Positions 9,799-19,621 of a stretch of DNA of 64,000 nt are shown here, one piece after another. The position numbers were made by a program, and so were the translations under genes. Numbering within the stretch: position 1 is the stretch's first letter; each line of letters starts with the position of its first letter. Below the pieces are notes generated by a model. It did not search any database and was not told the origin of the DNA. It saw only the letters and a list, made by a program, of their open reading frames with translations. Source of the stretch: Acidiphilium sp. Lineage in GTDB: Bacteria > Pseudomonadota > Alphaproteobacteria > Acetobacterales > Acetobacteraceae. The stretch spans positions 41,599 through 105,598 of the forward strand of contig JBMFWT010000002.1 of NCBI GenBank assembly GCA_049964975.1, in the 5' to 3' direction.

Positions 9799-10467
9799 TC
9801 AGCCGAGCGCGGCTGGCAAATGCCCGGTCTTGCGATAGATTAGCGCACCATCGGCACTGCCCACGCGCACCCTCGCGCCCGCAGGATGCCGCATCCAACT
9901 GCCGGCGGGCCGCGTGATCCCATCCAGACGCAGCGCCCCCGTCACCACGAATTGCTCGCAACCGCCTTGGTAGAGCGCGTCATGGTCCGCCGTGCCGGGC
10001 GGTAGACGGATCATTTCCACCCGCTCCCACGGCGCATCGAACAGCAAGGCCTGCGCGCGGCCTGACGGATCGGTTTGCCATAAGGCGGGATCGTTGGTGT
10101 CAACGCGCAAGGAGGCGGCTTCCTGCGGGGGCATTTGCCGCAATTTCACGAAAATGATCGCACCCGGCGCGCTGGAAGGCCGATGCCGCGATCCGGGTGG
10201 ATTGCGGACATAAAAGCCGCGTGGAAAATCACCGCTTTCATCGGAAAACACCCCGTCCAGCACCAGAAATTCCTCCCCCTCAGCATGGCTGTGTGGCGAG
10301 AAGGAAGAGCCGGGCGCATAGCGCACCAACGAGGTCGCGCGGGCCACTTCCTCGCCATCACGCTCAAGCATGCGTCGCTCCACGCCCGCGATGGGCGAGG
10401 CGACCCAGGGCATCGCGGCGGTTTCAACCACCGCCGCGATGCTGAGATCCGCATTGATTAACATCAA
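9799..10467 (-). CDS. Cupin-domain protein (ChrR C-terminal-domain-like, no zinc anti-sigma domain)
   Basis: It has the cupin motif PHSHAEGEEFLVLDGVF...H. No H-x3-C-x2-C anti-sigma motif is present. Confidence 0.6.
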   Translation of the reverse strand: MMLINADLSIAAVVETAAMPWVASPIAGVERRMLERDGEEVARATSLVRYAPGSSFSPHSHAEGEEFLVLDGVFSDESGDFPRGFYVRNPPGSRHRPSSAPGAIIFVKLRQMPPQEAASLRVDTNDPALWQTDPSGRAQALLFDAPWERVEMIRLPPGTADHDALYQGGCEQFVVTGALRLDGITRPAGSWMRHPAGARVRVGSADGALIYRKTGHLPAALG

Positions 10468-10489
10468 ACGCGCCTATTCAACCAACACA

Positions 10490-11905
10490 TTACTTGCCCA
10501 GGGCTTGAGCAATCTCTTCGGTCATTTTTTTCGCATCACCAAACAGCATCATGGTGTTGGGACGGAAAAACAACTCGTTATCGACGCCGGCATAGCCTGA
10601 GGCCATTGAGCGCTTCACGAACAGCACGGTTTTGGCTTTATCGACTTCCAAAATCGGCATGCCATAGATTGGGCTGGCGGAATTGGTTTTCGCCGCCGGG
10701 TTGGTCACGTCGTTCGCACCAATCACATAGACCACATCCGCCGTGGAGAACTCGTTATTGATGGTCTCAAGCTCAAACACTTCGTCATAGGGCACGTTGG
10801 CTTCGGCGAGCAGCACGTTCATATGCCCCGGCATCCGCCCGGCGACCGGATGGATCGCATATTTGACGTCAACGCCCTCTTCCTTGAGCAAATCGGCCAT
10901 TTCGCGTACCGCATGCTGCGCTTGCGCCACCGCCATGCCGTACCCCGGCACGATGATGACTTTCGAGGCGTTGCTCATGATGAATGCCGCGTCCTCGGCG
11001 GAGCCGGATTTCACCGTTTTATCGCCCATCGCTGCCGCCGGACCCGCAGCACCCCCATCCGTGCCGAAGCCGCCGAGCAACACATTGATGATCGAGCGGT
11101 TCATGCCTTTACACATGATGTAGGAGAGAATGGCGCCGGACGAGCCGACCAAGGCGCCGGTGATGATCAGCGCGACGTTGCCGATGGTAAAACCAATGCC
11201 GGCAGCCGCCCAACCGGAGTAAGAATTCAGCATCGACACCACGACCGGCATGTCCGCGCCGCCAATCGGGATGATCAGCAACAAACCAAGGGCCAGAGCG
11301 ACCAGCGCGATCAACCAGAACAGCACCTGCGAGCCGCCCGACACCACGAACATGATGATCAGGACAAAAATCAAAATCCCAAGGCCGAGATTGAGCTTAT
11401 GCTGTCCGGGGAAGGTGATTGGCGTGCCTTTCATCAAGGCTTGCAGCTTGGCAAAGGCGATGATCGACCCGGTAAAGGTGATGGCGCCGATGGCAAGGCC
11501 AATCGACATTTCGATCAGGCTCTCCAGCCGCAAATGCCCCGGTGTGCCAATGCCGAAGCTGGTCGGCGCATTCAGCGCCGAAGCCGCGACGAACACAGCC
11601 GCCAAGCCCACCAGCGAGTGGAACGCCGCAACCAATTGCGGCAAGGCGGTCATTTGGATCCGCTTGGCAACAACGGCACCCACCGTGCCGCCGATGGCAA
11701 TGCCCAGGAAAATCAGCCCGGCACCGCCAAGCAACATGCCCGGATGATCGAGGGTGGCCAGAATGGCGATCACCATGCCAGCAATGCCCATCATATTGCC
11801 ACGGCGTGATGATTCTGGGTGCGACAGGCCGCGCAGGGCCAGGATGAACAATACCGCGGCTACCAGATAGGCGAGCGTAATGCCCGGATCGGATGCGTTA
11901 CTCAT
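10490..11905 (-). CDS. pntB: NAD(P) transhydrogenase subunit beta
   Basis: The N-terminal half is polytopic membrane. The C-terminal dIII domain has ...VPGYGMAVAQAQH... and GANDVTNPAA. Confidence 0.95.
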   Translation of the reverse strand: MSNASDPGITLAYLVAAVLFILALRGLSHPESSRRGNMMGIAGMVIAILATLDHPGMLLGGAGLIFLGIAIGGTVGAVVAKRIQMTALPQLVAAFHSLVGLAAVFVAASALNAPTSFGIGTPGHLRLESLIEMSIGLAIGAITFTGSIIAFAKLQALMKGTPITFPGQHKLNLGLGILIFVLIIMFVVSGGSQVLFWLIALVALALGLLLIIPIGGADMPVVVSMLNSYSGWAAAGIGFTIGNVALIITGALVGSSGAILSYIMCKGMNRSIINVLLGGFGTDGGAAGPAAAMGDKTVKSGSAEDAAFIMSNASKVIIVPGYGMAVAQAQHAVREMADLLKEEGVDVKYAIHPVAGRMPGHMNVLLAEANVPYDEVFELETINNEFSTADVVYVIGANDVTNPAAKTNSASPIYGMPILEVDKAKTVLFVKRSMASGYAGVDNELFFRPNTMMLFGDAKKMTEEIAQALGK

Positions 11906-11920
11906 GATCGGGTCGCTCCC

Positions 11921-12316
11921 TTACTTCGCTTTTCGTTTGAACATCGACAACATGCGCTGCGTGACCATGAAGCCGCCGAAAATATTGACCGATACCAGCG
12001 TCACCGCCAGGAACCCGAAAATATGGGCAGCCGCATCGCCATGCAGGCCCACCGCCAGCATCGCGCCGACAATGATCACCGAGGAAATCGCGTTGGTCAC
12101 CGCCATCAGCGGCGAATGCAGAGCGGGGGTGACGCTCCAGATCACGTAATAGCCAACGAACACCGCCATCACGAAAATGGCAAACAGGTAAATCAGCGGC
12201 GGGTGATGCGGGTGATGGGCAGCCGCTTCGGCGGCAAAGCCCGCCGCATTCTGCGCCAGCACCGCAGCTTTATGGGCCAGGCTCGCAGCCTGGCCGGCCA
12301 ATTCAGCGGGGGTCAT
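11921..12316 (-). CDS. pntA: NAD(P) transhydrogenase subunit alpha, part 2 (membrane)
   Basis: It is a small 4-TM protein between pntAA and pntB. This split alpha subunit is typical of alphaproteobacteria. Confidence 0.85.
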   Translation of the reverse strand: MTPAELAGQAASLAHKAAVLAQNAAGFAAEAAAHHPHHPPLIYLFAIFVMAVFVGYYVIWSVTPALHSPLMAVTNAISSVIIVGAMLAVGLHGDAAAHIFGFLAVTLVSVNIFGGFMVTQRMLSMFKRKAK

Positions 12317-12328
12317 GATTTCGCTCCT

Positions 12329-13468
12329 TTATGCAGCCGCTTGGGGCTGAAAATTCGGGTGGATAACGGCGCCGCCACGGGTCAGTAGCACGCCTTTGAC
12401 GATGTCATCGTCCGCCGGCAGCTTCGGCGCACCGGCTTCCTTGTCCCAGAAACTGGTGACGAAGGTCATCAGATTGCGCGCATAAAGGCCACTGGCCGCG
12501 ACGCCGATCCGTGCTGGCCAGTTGCGATAGCCAAGCACGGTAACGCCGTTTGGCGTCACGATGCGTTCACCCGGCACGGTTGCGGCACAATTGCCGCCTG
12601 CATCGGCGGCGATGTCCACCACCACGCTGCCCATGCGCATGGCCGCCACCGCCTCAGCGGTGATGATGACCGGCGCTTTGCGGCCCATGACCAGGGCGGT
12701 GCAAATCACGATGTCATTTTTCGCCACGGTTTCAGCAATCAAGGCCGCTTGCTTGGCACGGAACTCTGCGCTCATCTCGCGCGCATAGGCGCCGGTTTGC
12801 TTCGAGCTTTCCTCATCCTCAACGCCGATAAAGCTGGCGCCGAGCGATTTGATTTCTTCCTTGGCCGCCGGGCGCACATCGGTTGCCGAAACAATCGCCC
12901 CGAGCCGCCGGGCGGTGGCAATCGCTTGCAAACCAGCGACGCCTGCGCCGACCACGAAGACGCGCGCGGGCGGCACTGTTCCAGCCGCCGTCATCATCAT
13001 CGAGAAACCACGCGGGAACGCCTCGGCACCCTCGATCACCGCCCGATAGCCGGCGAGATTGGCTTGGCTGGACAACACGTCCATCGATTGTGCGCGGGTA
13101 ATCCGCGGCAGTAATTCCATCGAACAGGCATCGATCCCGGCGGTGGCGAATTGTTGCACCATTGCCTCATTGCCCATCGCCCCTAGCGTGCCGATCAGCA
13201 GCGCGCCACGTGGCACCAGTGCGAGTTGCTCGGACGCCGGAGATTGCACGCACAGCACGATGCCCGCACCGGCCAAGCAGGCGGCGGCATCGGGGGCGAT
13301 TTCGGCGCCAGCATCGCGATATTGCGCATCGCTGATCGAGGCGAGCGCACCGGCCCCGGCCTCAACGGCGATACTCAGCCCCAAGGCTGCCAATTTTTTC
13401 ACCGTCTCCGGCGTCGCCGCTACGCGGGTCTCTCCCGACGCGCGTTCCTTCAACACGGCAAGACGCAT
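12329..13468 (-). CDS. pntA: NAD(P) transhydrogenase subunit alpha, part 1 (dI, alanine-dehydrogenase-like)
   Basis: It has the motif VFVVGAGVAGLQAIATARRLGA. The ATG at 13468 lies about 6 nt downstream of GGGGAGAG. The track start at 13474 abuts that SD. Confidence 0.9.
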   Translation of the reverse strand: MRLAVLKERASGETRVAATPETVKKLAALGLSIAVEAGAGALASISDAQYRDAGAEIAPDAAACLAGAGIVLCVQSPASEQLALVPRGALLIGTLGAMGNEAMVQQFATAGIDACSMELLPRITRAQSMDVLSSQANLAGYRAVIEGAEAFPRGFSMMMTAAGTVPPARVFVVGAGVAGLQAIATARRLGAIVSATDVRPAAKEEIKSLGASFIGVEDEESSKQTGAYAREMSAEFRAKQAALIAETVAKNDIVICTALVMGRKAPVIITAEAVAAMRMGSVVVDIAADAGGNCAATVPGERIVTPNGVTVLGYRNWPARIGVAASGLYARNLMTFVTSFWDKEAGAPKLPADDDIVKGVLLTRGGAVIHPNFQPQAAA

Positions 13469-13741
13469 AATCATCTCTCCCCTTATTCCTGTTCACTGGC
13501 GGTCGCATCAATGGCGATCACATAGATGGCATCTGATCGGTAACGCGCAATATCACAAAATCCCGATGCCATGCTAGCGCAACAACCCACTCATACCAAA
13601 CCCCCCATCGCCCCCGCCATCGGCCCCGCCATCGCCATGCCTCAGTCGACCGGCGTGGGGTGACATGTTCGCCCCCCACCCCATCTCGACATTGGCGGGC
13701 GCATCCGCCACATTACGATGATGAGATCGAGGAGTTTCACT

Positions 13742-14398
13742 ATGGCAGACATCACCCGCAACCGCATCGTCGCCGAGGATGATGACGATGCGCCCGAACC
13801 CACCCCTGAGCAAGTGGAGAAGCTTGCGGACGCCGCCGAAAAAGCCCTCTCCGGTGGCTTGGAAGCGCGTTTGTTCAAACAGCGCAAAGTGCTGATTTTT
13901 GGTGAAATCAACGATAAAATTGCCCGTGCCGTGACCGCGCAATTGCTGGCACTCGCCGGTGCCGAAGACGCGCCGATTGATGTGTTCGTCAATTCGCCGG
14001 GCGGCCATGTTGAGAGCGGTGACACCATCCATGACGTGATTCGCTTTGTCAGCGCCACGGCGCCGGTGCGGATGATTGGCACGGGTTGGGTGGCCAGTGC
14101 GGGCGCGTTAATCTTTTTGGCGGGTGCCAAAAATCATCGTTATTGCCTGCCCAATACCCGCTTTCTGCTGCATCAGCCGATGGGCGGTGTGCGCGGCCCG
14201 GCGACCGATATCGATATCGAAGCCAAGGAAATCATCAAGATGCGCGAACGCATTAATCGCATCATCGCACGCGAAACCGGCCAGGAGCTTGCGCGCGTCG
14301 AGCGGGATACGGATCGCAATTATTGGATGGGGGCTGAAGAGGCTATCACCTACGGCATGGTTGCGAAAATCGTGCATAGCGCCACTGAAATTGGGTGA
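13742..14398 (+). CDS. ClpP-family serine protease subunit (orphan paralog, no adjacent clpX)
   Basis: Equivalents of the Ser/His/Asp triad motifs are present: WVASAG, LLHQPMGG and RDTDRNYWM. A GAGGA SD precedes the ATG at 13742. Confidence 0.8.
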   Translation: MADITRNRIVAEDDDDAPEPTPEQVEKLADAAEKALSGGLEARLFKQRKVLIFGEINDKIARAVTAQLLALAGAEDAPIDVFVNSPGGHVESGDTIHDVIRFVSATAPVRMIGTGWVASAGALIFLAGAKNHRYCLPNTRFLLHQPMGGVRGPATDIDIEAKEIIKMRERINRIIARETGQELARVERDTDRNYWMGAEEAITYGMVAKIVHSATEIG

Positions 14399-14405
14399 AC
14401 GCTGT

Positions 14406-14438
14406 CCCCCTGAAACGCTGAGCTCGCGTTTCAGGGGG
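14406..14438. terminator. Perfect 13-bp GC-rich hairpin between the convergent clpP-like and lysR-family genes
   Basis: CCCCCTGAAACGC (14406-14418) pairs with GCGTTTCAGGGGG (14426-14438) around a 7-nt loop. The right arm contains the LysR stop codon. There is no clear U-run on either strand. Confidence 0.45.
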
Positions 14439-15330
14439 GTGCTGTGTTGCGTAATTCGGACAGCAAAGCGGTGACGGCACGCGAACGAAACCGCTCGGCG
14501 TGCTGAACCGCGAAATACCAACGCTCTGGCAGTGCGACTCGCACGGGTGCCAAGCGTCCGGCGGCGATGGCGTTGGCGCAGACCAATTCCGAGAGGATCG
14601 TCGCCCCTGCCCCGCCCTGCACGGCCGTTAATACTGAGCCGTTGGCTGGCAGTTCGATCACGATATCCAACGCCTCATAGGCCACGCCGAGCGCGGTCAT
14701 CGCCTCGATGAACACGGCTCGCGTGCCGGACCCGTCCTCGCGCAGCACCCAGCTTCCCGCTGCCAGCTCGGCGGGTCCGAGATCATCGCGGCCAGCCCAT
14801 GGGTGATCGGCGGCGACCACCATCATCAGACGATCCTTGGCGATCGGTTCGGCGATGATCGGGCCTTGCTGGACCGAGCCGGCGGGGCCTTCGACAAAGC
14901 CGAGCTCGGCCCGCCCCTCGATAATGGCGCGCACCACATCAGCGGAATTACCAATCGAGACCGCCAGCCGCACGCCCGGATAATGTCGCCGGAACGCGAC
15001 GAGTTTCAGCGGCAGGACATGGTTGGCGATGGTTTGGCTGGCCATGATCGAGAGCCGCCCGCGCACCAACCCGGCCAGCTCACGCATTGCGACACCAGCC
15101 GCATCGGCCCGGCCCAATATTGCGCGCGCTTCGCTCAGAAACAACGCGCCAGCCTCGGTCAGCGCGATGCCCCGCCCAACCCGGTGAAACAGCCGCAGGC
15201 CGAATTCACGCTCTAATGACGCGATGGCGGCGGAGGCAACCGATTGGGTCAGGCCCAGCGCCTCCGCCGCGCGCGTCATATGTTCACGCTCGGCAACCGC
15301 AACGAAAATCCGCAGTTGCTCGAACGTCAT
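14431..15330 (-). CDS. LysR-family transcriptional regulator
   Basis: It has the N-terminal wHTH MTFEQLRIFVAVAEREHMTRAAEALGLTQSVASAAI and a LysR substrate-binding domain. Confidence 0.9.
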   Translation of the reverse strand: MTFEQLRIFVAVAEREHMTRAAEALGLTQSVASAAIASLEREFGLRLFHRVGRGIALTEAGALFLSEARAILGRADAAGVAMRELAGLVRGRLSIMASQTIANHVLPLKLVAFRRHYPGVRLAVSIGNSADVVRAIIEGRAELGFVEGPAGSVQQGPIIAEPIAKDRLMMVVAADHPWAGRDDLGPAELAAGSWVLREDGSGTRAVFIEAMTALGVAYEALDIVIELPANGSVLTAVQGGAGATILSELVCANAIAAGRLAPVRVALPERWYFAVQHAERFRSRAVTALLSELRNTAPP

Positions 15331-15336
15331 GCGATG

Positions 15337-16842
15337 CTAACTTAGATAACGCGCAGTCAGATGCGCTTCAAAATCGCCCGGATCGAGTGGCTTGCCGGTG
15401 GCGCGTTGCAGTAATTCATTGAAGCCGAACATCGATCCTTGACGATGCACATGGGCGCGCAACCAGCCGAGCAAGGGTGAAAAATCACCCTGCTCCAGCG
15501 CGGCATCCAGCCCCGGCGTGGCGCGGCGCGCTGCCGCCATTAGTTGGGCCGCCGCCATCGCTCCCAGCGTGTAGGATGGGAAATAGCCGAATAATTCGGC
15601 ATACCAATGAATATCCTGCAAACAGCCTTGGGCATCATCGGGTGGCACAATGCCGAGCAAATCGCGCATCCCCTCATTCCAGGCGCCGGGTAAATCGGTG
15701 ACCGTGAGATCACCCGAGATCAAGGCAGATTCTAGCCGGAACCGCAAAATGACGTGCGCCGGGTAGGTCATTTCATCAGCCTCGACCCGGATGAAGCTGC
15801 GCTGGACTCGCCGCAACCGCGCCGACAGCCGCTCTGGGCTGAAATCGCGGACATCTTGGCCAAATCCGTTCGCCAGAACCGGGCCGAGATAACGCAGGAA
15901 CGCATCCGAGCGCACCGCCTGCATCTCGATGATCAATGATTGGCTTTCATGCACCGCCATACCGGCGGCGTAGCCCACTTTCTGGCGCGCCTGTGCGCGT
16001 GGCAGACCAGCCTCATAGAGCGCGTGACCGGTTTCATGCAGCACGCCCATCAGGGCAGAGCAAAAATCCGACTCGTCATAGCGCGTGGTGATCCGGATAT
16101 CGGTTGGCGTGCCGCCGCAAAACGGGTGCATCGAACGATCAAGCCGCGCCCCGGTGAAATCAAGCCCGGCCTGTGCTGCCAATTTGCGACACAGCGCCTC
16201 CTGCGCCGCCACCGCGAACGGCGCAGTGCCCGGGCCACGCTGCTCGCGCCGCGCCTGCACCGCCTCGGCCTGCGGCAGGGCTTGCCGCAAAAATTGCTCA
16301 TAGCGCGCGAAAACCGGGGTGATTTCTGCGGCGCGAATACCGGGCTGATAGCTGTCAATCAGCGCGTCATAGGGCGATAAGCCGGTGGCCGCACTCAGCG
16401 CCTGAGCTTTTTGCCGGCTGAGTGCCAATAATTCGCCAAGCGGGCCAGCGACCATCGAAAAATCCGACGCCGCGCGTGCGGCACGCCAGATTTTCTCACA
16501 GGAGGAGGATTGCCGCGCCAAGGCTTCCACCAAATCGCCCGGCAGCGCCACAGCCTGACGATGAGCGCGCCGCATCAGCGCCAAATTGCGCGCAGCGACC
16601 GCATCGCCCGGTGGGGGTTCCGCTGCCGCCAGATCATCGGCCACGGCCGGTTCCACCAGCATATTATGGGCGACACCGGACAGCATTGCCAACTGATCCG
16701 CCCGCGCGGCGGCACCGCCATCGGGCATCACCGCCGCTTCATCCCACCCCAGCATCGACAAGGCCTCTTCCACCACCGCCATCCGGGCAAAACGCGTTGT
16801 GAGGCGTTGATAGGCGCCAGCAGAATTCGACATGTCGTTCAT
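15337..16842 (-). CDS. M32 family metallocarboxypeptidase (Taq-type)
   Basis: It has the HExxH motif in VLHETGHALYE, and its length and architecture are typical of M32. Its start overlaps the surf1 stop by 4 nt. Confidence 0.8.
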   Translation of the reverse strand: MNDMSNSAGAYQRLTTRFARMAVVEEALSMLGWDEAAVMPDGGAAARADQLAMLSGVAHNMLVEPAVADDLAAAEPPPGDAVAARNLALMRRAHRQAVALPGDLVEALARQSSSCEKIWRAARAASDFSMVAGPLGELLALSRQKAQALSAATGLSPYDALIDSYQPGIRAAEITPVFARYEQFLRQALPQAEAVQARREQRGPGTAPFAVAAQEALCRKLAAQAGLDFTGARLDRSMHPFCGGTPTDIRITTRYDESDFCSALMGVLHETGHALYEAGLPRAQARQKVGYAAGMAVHESQSLIIEMQAVRSDAFLRYLGPVLANGFGQDVRDFSPERLSARLRRVQRSFIRVEADEMTYPAHVILRFRLESALISGDLTVTDLPGAWNEGMRDLLGIVPPDDAQGCLQDIHWYAELFGYFPSYTLGAMAAAQLMAAARRATPGLDAALEQGDFSPLLGWLRAHVHRQGSMFGFNELLQRATGKPLDPGDFEAHLTARYLS

Positions 16843-17555
16843 CGGTTTTCCCTTAAGATTTTTCGCGCATAGAAGAAAAACTCGAACGGCACCACCAACG
16901 CAAGGCCGAACCAGGTTAGAAAATATTGTTTCGAATTATTTGGCGGATGCGGCAGCGAGCTTGCGGGAATCGGCCCACCGGCAAGCGGTTTTGGCCCGAG
17001 CGCGATGAGGGTGAATTTGGCGACTCGGTGCAGACCCAGCGCATGGCCGATGGTGCGGGCATCCAAGCTGTAGAAAATCCGGTGTGCCGGATCATTTTTA
17101 GCACGAAAGATGCCCAGTAATTCCTGGGTTTGCACATAGCCGGAGACCGATGTGAGCCCGCTGGGCAGCGGCACATCATGCGGCGTGCGGCCAGGAATCC
17201 AGCCGAGATCGACCATCACAATCGAGCCGTCTTGACGCTGAAACGGCATGATTAATTGTGCGCCCTGCTCGGGCCCTTGCGGAAAATTACGGATTTGATC
17301 GCCATACAAAGCGGGATGGCCAAAAATCCAATGCCCGGTCGCGGCGACTTTTTGATAGGGCGAGGGGTGCGCCCCCATTGGCACGGGTGGGAGCAATTGC
17401 GCGCGCAGAATTTGCGCTTGCACCTTGTCCTTGTGTTTGTAGCGATGAATTTGCCAAACACCGAGCGCGATAAAGCCTACGAAGGCGACCACACTGATCA
17501 CCCCCATCCCGATCAGCCGGCGCCATCGCGCCGGCGGCGCGACGGCCCCGCTCAT
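16839..17555 (-). CDS. SURF1-family cytochrome oxidase assembly protein
   Basis: It has two terminal TM segments flanking a periplasmic domain. It lies directly downstream of ctaE. Confidence 0.8.
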   Translation of the reverse strand: MSGAVAPPARWRRLIGMGVISVVAFVGFIALGVWQIHRYKHKDKVQAQILRAQLLPPVPMGAHPSPYQKVAATGHWIFGHPALYGDQIRNFPQGPEQGAQLIMPFQRQDGSIVMVDLGWIPGRTPHDVPLPSGLTSVSGYVQTQELLGIFRAKNDPAHRIFYSLDARTIGHALGLHRVAKFTLIALGPKPLAGGPIPASSLPHPPNNSKQYFLTWFGLALVVPFEFFFYARKILRENR

Positions 17556-17558
17556 GCG

Positions 17559-18410
17559 TTAAGCTGCGGTGATCGCGCTGCGACCGAAATAATAGATGCA
17601 CACGAACAGAAACAGCCAGACCACATCGACGAAATGCCAATACCAGGCGGCGGCTTCGAAGCCAAAATGCCGTTTAACCGAGAATTGGCCTTTGATGGCG
17701 CGCACGAGATTGACGATGAGGAAGGTGGTGCCCACGATCACGTGGAACCCATGAAACCCGGTCGCGATGAAGAACACCGAGGGGAAAATGCCGCCATGAT
17801 AAAAATTGAACGGCGAATGGGTATATTCGTAGGCCTGACCGCACAGAAACGACAAGCCAAGAAACACGGTGGCCGCGAGACCTTGGATCATTCCGCGCCG
17901 ATCGCCCTCGAGTAGGGCGTGATGCGCCCAGGTGATCGTGGTGCCGGAGAGCAGCAACACCATGGTGTTGAACAGCGGCACCGCGAACGGATCGATGGTG
18001 GTGACATGCTGCGGCGGCCAGACTGGCGCGAACATGTAGCCCATATGCGAGGGGAAGAAGAAGAAGTTGAAATAGGCCCAGAAGAAAGAGACAAAAAACA
18101 TCACTTCCGAGGAAATAAATAGAGCCATGCCGTAGCGCAGGCCAATCTGGGTGACGAGCTTATGCAAATCGGGGGTGCGCGCCTCGCGCACCACATCGCG
18201 CCACCAGACATACATGGTTGAGATAGCACCGAGGAAACCGGCGATCAAAAACCAGTAATTTTGATAATGCGCGACGAAAATAATGCCCGTTGCGATCAAA
18301 ATCGCGGAAATCGCCCCAAAGAGCGGCCAGAGGCTCGGCTCGACCATGTGATAAGGATGCGGAACATGTCCAACCACTTGATCTTCTGCTGTGTGTACGT
18401 CGCCGCTCAT
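17559..18410 (-). CDS. ctaE: Cytochrome c oxidase subunit III
   Basis: It has 7 TM segments, HPYHMV at the N-terminus and a conserved FYWHFVDVVW C-terminus. Confidence 0.95.
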   Translation of the reverse strand: MSGDVHTAEDQVVGHVPHPYHMVEPSLWPLFGAISAILIATGIIFVAHYQNYWFLIAGFLGAISTMYVWWRDVVREARTPDLHKLVTQIGLRYGMALFISSEVMFFVSFFWAYFNFFFFPSHMGYMFAPVWPPQHVTTIDPFAVPLFNTMVLLLSGTTITWAHHALLEGDRRGMIQGLAATVFLGLSFLCGQAYEYTHSPFNFYHGGIFPSVFFIATGFHGFHVIVGTTFLIVNLVRAIKGQFSVKRHFGFEAAAWYWHFVDVVWLFLFVCIYYFGRSAITAA

Positions 18411-18449
18411 CTCTAGCCCCCCAGAATTAGCAAAATCTATCCGAAACGA

Positions 18450-18620
18450 TTACCACATGTGCCCGGTGTAGTACAGTTTTGCCACCGCAATTGCATAGAT
18501 CAACAGGCACAAACCAACCAGAAACGCCAACAAAGCCCAATTCCTGCTGCGCCGCCGACGGCTGAATTCGGCTTGCATTTCCGGGCTCCAATCCTTGCTC
18601 GTTTCCATCTTGCCGTTCAT
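18450..18620 (-). CDS. Small single-TM protein in the cta cluster (position equivalent to Bradyrhizobium coxF)
   Basis: The 56 codons run from the ATG at 18620, 1 nt after the ctaB stop. A basic RRRRSRN stretch is followed by one TM helix. The longer track ORF (to 18713) overlaps ctaB. Confidence 0.5.
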   Translation of the reverse strand: MNGKMETSKDWSPEMQAEFSRRRRSRNWALLAFLVGLCLLIYAIAVAKLYYTGHMW

Positions 18621-18621
18621 C

Positions 18622-19599
18622 TCAACCGATCCAATGGTCAATGACCATCGCGCCCAACAAAGCGAACAGATAGATGAGCGAATATTTGAACGCGGCTTTC
18701 GCTGGCGCATCACGGGTCAAGCTGACACCGAACGAATCTTGCTTGTCGCGCAGTACCGCCACCGCATACCATAGGAACGCAAGGCTCAGCCCCAAAGCAG
18801 CGACCAGATAAAGCGGCCCTGCCAATCCTAAATACCATGGGGCCACCGAAATCGGCAGTAGCATAGCGGTGTAGACCAGAATTTCCCACCGAGTCCGCCG
18901 CGCACCCTTGGCCACCGGCATCATCGGCACACCGGCGCGCTGGTAATCTTCCGAAGCAAATAGGGCCAGCGACCAGAAATGCGGGGGCGTCCAGAAAAAG
19001 ATCAAGGCAAACATCAAAAGCGGCAAGGCCGAGATCGATCCGGTTGCCGCCGCCCAACCGATGATCGGCGGAAAAGCGCCAGCAGCCCCGCCAATGACGA
19101 TATTTTGCGGTGTGCGGCGCTTCAGCCAGATCGTATAGATAAACACGTAAAACAAGATCGAGAGCGCCAAAATGCTGGCAGCCAGCAGGTTGCTGGCAAA
19201 CCACATCATCAGCACGCTGAGCAGCGCCAGCCCGACACCGAAGGTCAAGGCCCCCTCAGGCGAAATTCGCCCTGACGGGATTGGCCGCCGCGCCGTCCGG
19301 CGCATGACCAGGTCGATATCGCGATCATACCACATATTGATCGCACCGGACGCGCCGGAGCCGGAAGCGATGCTGATAATCACCGCCACCGCCAAAATCG
19401 GGTTCAGCGGGACCGGCGCAACCAGCAAGCCGGCAGCGCCAGAGAACACGACGAGGGACATGACCCGCGGCTTGAGCAGAGCAACCCAATCGCGCGCCGT
19501 GCCGCCGAGCAAGGCTTGATCAAGCAAAGCGTCACCTGACGGCGCGCCAACCGTATCCACGGCTGATGGCCGCATTGCTTCACTCATCACAGCCCTCAC
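18622..19599 (-). CDS. ctaB: Protoheme IX farnesyltransferase (heme O synthase)
   Basis: It is a UbiA-family polytopic protein with NMWYDRDID and a position between ctaD and ctaE. Confidence 0.9.
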   Translation of the reverse strand: MRAVMSEAMRPSAVDTVGAPSGDALLDQALLGGTARDWVALLKPRVMSLVVFSGAAGLLVAPVPLNPILAVAVIISIASGSGASGAINMWYDRDIDLVMRRTARRPIPSGRISPEGALTFGVGLALLSVLMMWFASNLLAASILALSILFYVFIYTIWLKRRTPQNIVIGGAAGAFPPIIGWAAATGSISALPLLMFALIFFWTPPHFWSLALFASEDYQRAGVPMMPVAKGARRTRWEILVYTAMLLPISVAPWYLGLAGPLYLVAALGLSLAFLWYAVAVLRDKQDSFGVSLTRDAPAKAAFKYSLIYLFALLGAMVIDHWIG

Positions 19600-19621
19600 G
19601 CGACATTCTGAACCTCTTCAC

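Noticed and set aside
10823-11809. A 328-aa plus-strand ORF lies opposite pntB. Similar antisense ORFs lie in smc (43385-44158, 44662-45279), moeA (40782-41621), trpD (38736-39407), ctaD (19727-20464), atpF (48465-49145), surf1/ctaE (17256-17915) and the amidase gene (7722-8207).
   Set aside because: They overlap confidently identified genes on the other strand. Their products are Arg/Pro/Gly/His-rich and not protein-like. This is the usual consequence of high GC content.
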